Of a DNA stretch of 64,000 bases, positions 60,288 to 64,000 are shown piece after piece (positions within the stretch are counted from its first letter, which is position 1; each line of letters opens with the position of its first letter). The stretch is taken from the NCBI GenBank assembly GCA_011364965.1, contig RDOB01000003.1, positions 32,001-96,000 on the forward strand, given 5' to 3'. The notes below the pieces were generated by a model. The model had not been told where the DNA came from. It saw nothing but the letters and a program-made list of their open reading frames with translations, and searched no databases. This DNA is from Candidatus Heimdallarchaeota archaeon. GTDB taxonomy: Archaea; Asgardarchaeota; Heimdallarchaeia; Hodarchaeales; Hodarchaeaceae. The translations under genes and the position numbers were made by a program.

Positions 60288-61055
60288 ATGCCCGATTCAA
60301 ATCAGAATGAAGACAGTGTACCTTCTCATGACGAAGAGGATATAGAGCCAACTTCCACATCTATTACCAATGTAGAAAACGTTCAAAAACGCGACAAAGA
60401 CATTTTCGAGAAACAGATTGAAGTTTTAAAGATCGAATTTATGAATTACCAACGGAAAGCTGAGGCTGATAAGATAACTCTCGGATCACGCATTCAGATG
60501 CTTCAAGGTGAGCTAAGCGAAACAAAAAAGCTGTATCAAAGCGCTGAAGCAGCCTTGGAAAGCTACAAAAATATAATATCTACTCTAGAAGAAGAGATTG
60601 AAATCCTCAAATCAAATACTCAAAAAGCGGAGACTGAAAAAGTAGATTATCTAAGTCAAATTCGTAAGCTTCAGGATATAATTCAACAAACTGAATCAGA
60701 TATTGAGGATATTGAAGCTGGACATATCGAAATTCAGAATCAACTACGATCAGAAATCCAACGTCTCGAAGAACGTACTGGACAGATGAGTGAAGATCTA
60801 TCACGAGAAACAACGGGATCCTTAGCAAGAAATCAACACATCAGAACGATTTTAGAGGAAACAGAATTAGGAAAAATCACTCTATACATCGTCGATTATT
60901 TCGAAAATACCAAGAAAAGGACCTTAGCTCTTTCAACATTAGCATCTGAAGTCGGAATGACCCCAATTATTGTCCGATCACATATTAGAAATCTCCACGG
61001 ACTTGGGATATGTGAATTTAACGAAGTAACAAGAGAAATCCGTTTAACAAAATAA
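60288..61055 (+). CDS. Long coiled-coil protein with C-terminal winged helix
   Basis: Heptad-rich residues ~35-180; LSTLASEVGMTPIIVRSHIRNLHGLGICEF. Confidence 0.75.
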   Translation: MPDSNQNEDSVPSHDEEDIEPTSTSITNVENVQKRDKDIFEKQIEVLKIEFMNYQRKAEADKITLGSRIQMLQGELSETKKLYQSAEAALESYKNIISTLEEEIEILKSNTQKAETEKVDYLSQIRKLQDIIQQTESDIEDIEAGHIEIQNQLRSEIQRLEERTGQMSEDLSRETTGSLARNQHIRTILEETELGKITLYIVDYFENTKKRTLALSTLASEVGMTPIIVRSHIRNLHGLGICEFNEVTREIRLTK

Positions 61056-61062
61056 ATTTCAG

Positions 61063-61410
61063 TTACTTTTTCTTTTTGGAATCTAGTTGAATTGTAAATA
61101 CTCCCTCATTTCCCGCGATCATTGGAGTTTTCTGTTTCGAATTTTGAGGCAATAATTGTCCAACATTTATGTCATAAACTCCGATAGACCGCTCTCGAAC
61201 AGTAAGGAATTCCAAGTCCTCTTTTTGTGCATTCTTACGCAGACCAGACTGTGTCATGGGTTTCGTATAAGAAGAAACGATTCGAAATAAACGATGCCCG
61301 CATTGACATCCCCGAAAAACTTCCTGAGAAGTCTCGGGGCGCTTTCCACATTTTGCGCATTGATATTTAGCTAAATTTACTTCTTCATCTCCTAGATACG
61401 CCACAGGCAA
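61063..61410 (-). CDS. oapC: OapC/ArvC (DUF2072-like) zinc-ribbon protein
   Basis: QCAKCG...RGCQCGHRLF, GVYDINV..L, EGVFTI; third gene of the GTPase cluster. Confidence 0.82.
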   Translation of the reverse strand: MPVAYLGDEEVNLAKYQCAKCGKRPETSQEVFRGCQCGHRLFRIVSSYTKPMTQSGLRKNAQKEDLEFLTVRERSIGVYDINVGQLLPQNSKQKTPMIAGNEGVFTIQLDSKKKK

Positions 61411-61419
61411 CCCTCGAAA

Positions 61420-61728
61420 CTATACTAAGGCTACGGATAGGTTATCATAGAATGGTGGCGCAATTACAGTCATTTTAACATCTTTCCGAGAGAATAATCC
61501 AGAGGAACGAAGGGGTGTGGGATTCAATATCTTATATCCAATAAAACTTCTATGATCAATTCGAGTCATAGTTTCAGAAATGAGTACGGCCTCTTCTTCA
61601 GGATTCAGACCACCTTCAAAAACTACAATACGCTCTCGTTGTAGCTTCGAGATGATCAGATCACACTTTTGAGATGGATCCATTTTTCTGGTGGTTGTTT
61701 CCGTTATAAAATCGATTTTTAATTCCAT
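61420..61728 (-). CDS. oapB: OapB/ArvB (DUF2073-like) protein
   Basis: IVVFEGGLNPEEEAVLISETMTRID..F.G, MTVIAP. Start moved to ATG 61728, which has GGAGG upstream. Confidence 0.85.
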   Translation of the reverse strand: MELKIDFITETTTRKMDPSQKCDLIISKLQRERIVVFEGGLNPEEEAVLISETMTRIDHRSFIGYKILNPTPLRSSGLFSRKDVKMTVIAPPFYDNLSVALV

Positions 61729-61739
61729 TTGAGGGCCTC

Positions 61740-62354
61740 CTACATACTCGCAATACTTAATATGCATCCATAGAGTTCGTTCATTCCTGTGCCATCTTTG
61801 GCTGAAATTGGAATTATATCAGTCTGAAAAGCTTCTCTCACCAACACAGGATCAGCGTTAGGTAAATCTGATTTATTAGCTGCAATGATTAACGGTATCT
61901 TTCGTGCTTCCAAATTTCCAAGCACAGTCCAGTTGACTTGATCAAAAGGGGCTTCTGATGAATCCACAACTACGATAGCTGCATCCATATTATCCAGTGA
62001 TTGAATCGCTTTAATAACACCTCGTGTAGCTTCTTTTGCTCGCTCAATACTTTGTTGCTTGCTTAAACCATGCGACTGAAACTCCCGATAATCAACTGTG
62101 GTTGCGATCCCTGGAGTATCAACGACTGTTAAGTCAAGACTTCCACTCTGGTCAGTAATAGTACAATGTTCCAATGCAACTACATCGCGTGTTTCATGAG
62201 GTATGGGACTCACAACACCTAAAGGAGTACCATTCCCACATTCAGAGGAGATCCGGTTTGCTAAGGTGGTTTTCCCAGCATTTGGGGCTCCAACAATTCC
62301 TATTGTCAAAGATGTCTTACGACTTCGCGCAAAAATTCTTGCTAAAATACCCAA
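61740..62354 (-). CDS. oapA: OapA/ArvA Era-like small GTPase
   Basis: GAPNAGKTTLANRI, PHETR, VDTPG, AKEATRGV, ANKSD, ISAK. Start moved to TTG 62354 (GGAGG upstream), giving MGILARIF. Confidence 0.9.
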   Translation of the reverse strand: MGILARIFARSRKTSLTIGIVGAPNAGKTTLANRISSECGNGTPLGVVSPIPHETRDVVALEHCTITDQSGSLDLTVVDTPGIATTVDYREFQSHGLSKQQSIERAKEATRGVIKAIQSLDNMDAAIVVVDSSEAPFDQVNWTVLGNLEARKIPLIIAANKSDLPNADPVLVREAFQTDIIPISAKDGTGMNELYGCILSIASM

Positions 62355-62540
62355 TCTATTTAGCCTCCAGTTACTTGTACTAAAGGTACATTTCGTAATT
62401 AACATAATTATAACTGCTGTTCTTGATATGAGATGATAGTATCGAGATATTATCAGGAGATTATGATAATACACTGGAATACGCAACATATATCCAATGA
62501 AAAAAGGAACAATCATCAAGATTCTCTTTGAAGTTGCCTC

Positions 62541-62558
62541 ACAGGATAAAAATCCTGT
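62541..62558. terminator. Inverted repeat between the MFS gene and oapA
   Basis: ACAGGAT-aaaa-ATCCTGT perfect 7-bp stem ~30 nt past the MFS stop codon. Confidence 0.4.
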
Positions 62559-62586
62559 TGGAATAAATTAATGAAATAAAATGTGT

Positions 62587-63948
62587 CTAAGTTTGCTTTG
62601 AAGTTTCCAAAATATAATCTAATGGATTTGGATAAATTAATTTATGGAGACTAGCAGATATAAACCTAATTGCTGCAATTCCTAATAGTAAAATAAATAA
62701 AACCGTATTAAATTCTGGTGTTTGATAATCAATATGCGAAAGCTGCAACCAAATATCCATAATTATTCCAGCTGATAATGATCCTATAAATGCGCTAAAT
62801 CCTTCCGCTGTTAATAGTATTGAATAATAACGCCCTTTTGTATCCTCAGTCGAACAATCTAATGAATAAGTAGCTATACTTGTTTCCTCTGCACCAAAAG
62901 CTAATCCTCCTGGTATATTCCCCAAGATAAGAAACCAAACATTACCCGTTACTAAGCCTGCAGCATAACCAAGAGGAACCACCGTATAGCCAAGACGAGA
63001 GATCAATAAAATAATTTTTTTGTTGTACTTATCTGCGAGTGTTCCTCCAATATTCTGACCAATTCCGCGTGGTAAATTAAAGATTGCCCACATAAGGGAA
63101 ACCATAAGCCAAGAATCTGCAACTTGAAGAGTTACAAAGGGAAATATGGGCCAAGCTGTTGACATAGCGAATTTAAAAAAGGTATCAATTGGAAGTAAAC
63201 GTTTAAAAGGTTTATTTCGTTGAACAAGAGTCATCCAGCTGGTACGGATCTCCTCACTAATCACAGTATGATTTTTTGCATCATATTTCTCCACTAATGT
63301 TAAAGAGATTACAATAGTAATCGCAAAGATCCCCGCACCAAGAAGGAAAGGAATGAAGAAAGCGCCTCTGCTAGCTTCATACAAAGCTGCATTTCTAGGA
63401 AAAGGAAATGGACTTAGATCCATAATGATTCCCAGAGCTAGAATCAAGAAAATTGAAGTTGTAGTCCCAAGAGAATTAATTCGGCCTATAAAAGAAGCCC
63501 GTGTTCTCTCAAAAGCATAATCCCCTAGAAATGCATTCCATGCAGGAATAATAGAGAAACCAACAGTGGTCATAATTATCGAGATAAGAACCAATTCAAA
63601 TGGGTTTCTTGAAAATGGTGCTAGAAATGTTGATATCATCAATGTAGATAAGCCAATGGTAATGACTAATTTTCGTCCTTTAAGATCAGCTAACCAGCCC
63701 CAAACTGATTGTAAAACGTTTGATCCCAAATTCCTAACTGAAGTAAGGATAGATTGTTCAAATGGAGAAGCTCCCAGAATAACTCCGAAATAGGATAAAA
63801 AAACAAACAAGGCAGATCGACCCCCCGCATAACCAATACTTGTGGCCCAAATGGATACCTTTTCTCTTCTCTCAGAGCTCTTACTTTGAGGATCTATTGG
63901 TTCAGAAAAATTCTCTAGCCTTATATCTGTATTTCTGTCTTCTTCCAT
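62587..63948 (-). CDS. MFS transporter
   Basis: About 12 TM; GWLADLKGRK and GTLADKYNKK motif-A copies. Confidence 0.92.
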   Translation of the reverse strand: MEEDRNTDIRLENFSEPIDPQSKSSERREKVSIWATSIGYAGGRSALFVFLSYFGVILGASPFEQSILTSVRNLGSNVLQSVWGWLADLKGRKLVITIGLSTLMISTFLAPFSRNPFELVLISIIMTTVGFSIIPAWNAFLGDYAFERTRASFIGRINSLGTTTSIFLILALGIIMDLSPFPFPRNAALYEASRGAFFIPFLLGAGIFAITIVISLTLVEKYDAKNHTVISEEIRTSWMTLVQRNKPFKRLLPIDTFFKFAMSTAWPIFPFVTLQVADSWLMVSLMWAIFNLPRGIGQNIGGTLADKYNKKIILLISRLGYTVVPLGYAAGLVTGNVWFLILGNIPGGLAFGAEETSIATYSLDCSTEDTKGRYYSILLTAEGFSAFIGSLSAGIIMDIWLQLSHIDYQTPEFNTVLFILLLGIAAIRFISASLHKLIYPNPLDYILETSKQT

Positions 63949-64000
63949 AATCTAAACTCGCAAAAAAGTCGTGTAGTTCCCTAATTCAAGATCATTTTTA

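Noticed and set aside
62355-62519. 55-aa N-terminal extension of the GTPase in the ORF track
   Set aside because: A GGAGG-preceded TTG at 62354 gives a family-typical length and N-terminus.
59966-62586. Replication origin next to oapABC
   Set aside because: No cdc6/orc1 gene and no ORB-like TTCCAxTGGAA repeats seen in the flanking intergenic DNA.
1947-63793. Many short ORFs antisense to or nested in confident genes (e.g. 1947..2282, 6401..6853, 25009..25302, 47993..48508, 50180..50623, 58289..58603)
   Set aside because: Fully overlap well-supported CDSs and have no motifs of their own.
1-64000. rRNA, tRNA, CRISPR arrays, IS elements, provirus
   Set aside because: No GC-rich structured RNA segments, spaced direct repeats, or transposase, integrase or capsid ORFs were seen by eye; tRNAscan-SE and Infernal would be needed to exclude small RNAs.

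Overview
AT-rich, gene-dense archaeal chromosomal segment, most likely from an Asgard archaeon of the Heimdallarchaeia/Hodarchaeales type. That assignment is inferred from a Rab-like small GTPase, a TPR plus longin-like protein, an archaeal/eukaryote-type AsnRS, PGF-CTERM-like surface anchors and the archaeal oapABC/arvABC GTPase cluster. About 60 CDSs are supported, including two the ORF track missed: a partial CcdA at 1..318 and a 58-aa ribbon-helix-helix protein at 9792..9968. I found no rRNA, tRNA, CRISPR array, transposase or integrase by eye. The strongest candidate for an undescribed system is a remodelled peptide ABC importer. Its binding protein (16406..18532) is circularly permuted and C-terminally anchored, its DppC permease carries a ~250-aa extracellular insertion, and its DppF/OppF ATPase has a ~180-aa four-helix transmembrane module spliced into the nucleotide-binding domain. 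A stand-alone four-TM protein resembling that module lies downstream on the same strand. Other highlights are a signal peptide-FKBP-like-TM-Cys8 RING-like protein, an HTH/polyproline/zinc-ribbon protein that could link to actin or profilin, an unknown enzyme + aminotransferase + homoserine dehydrogenase + tungsten AOR operon, and an arvABC vesicle-GTPase cluster with an Arf-like N-terminal amphipathic helix. All family calls come from motif recognition, not database searches.
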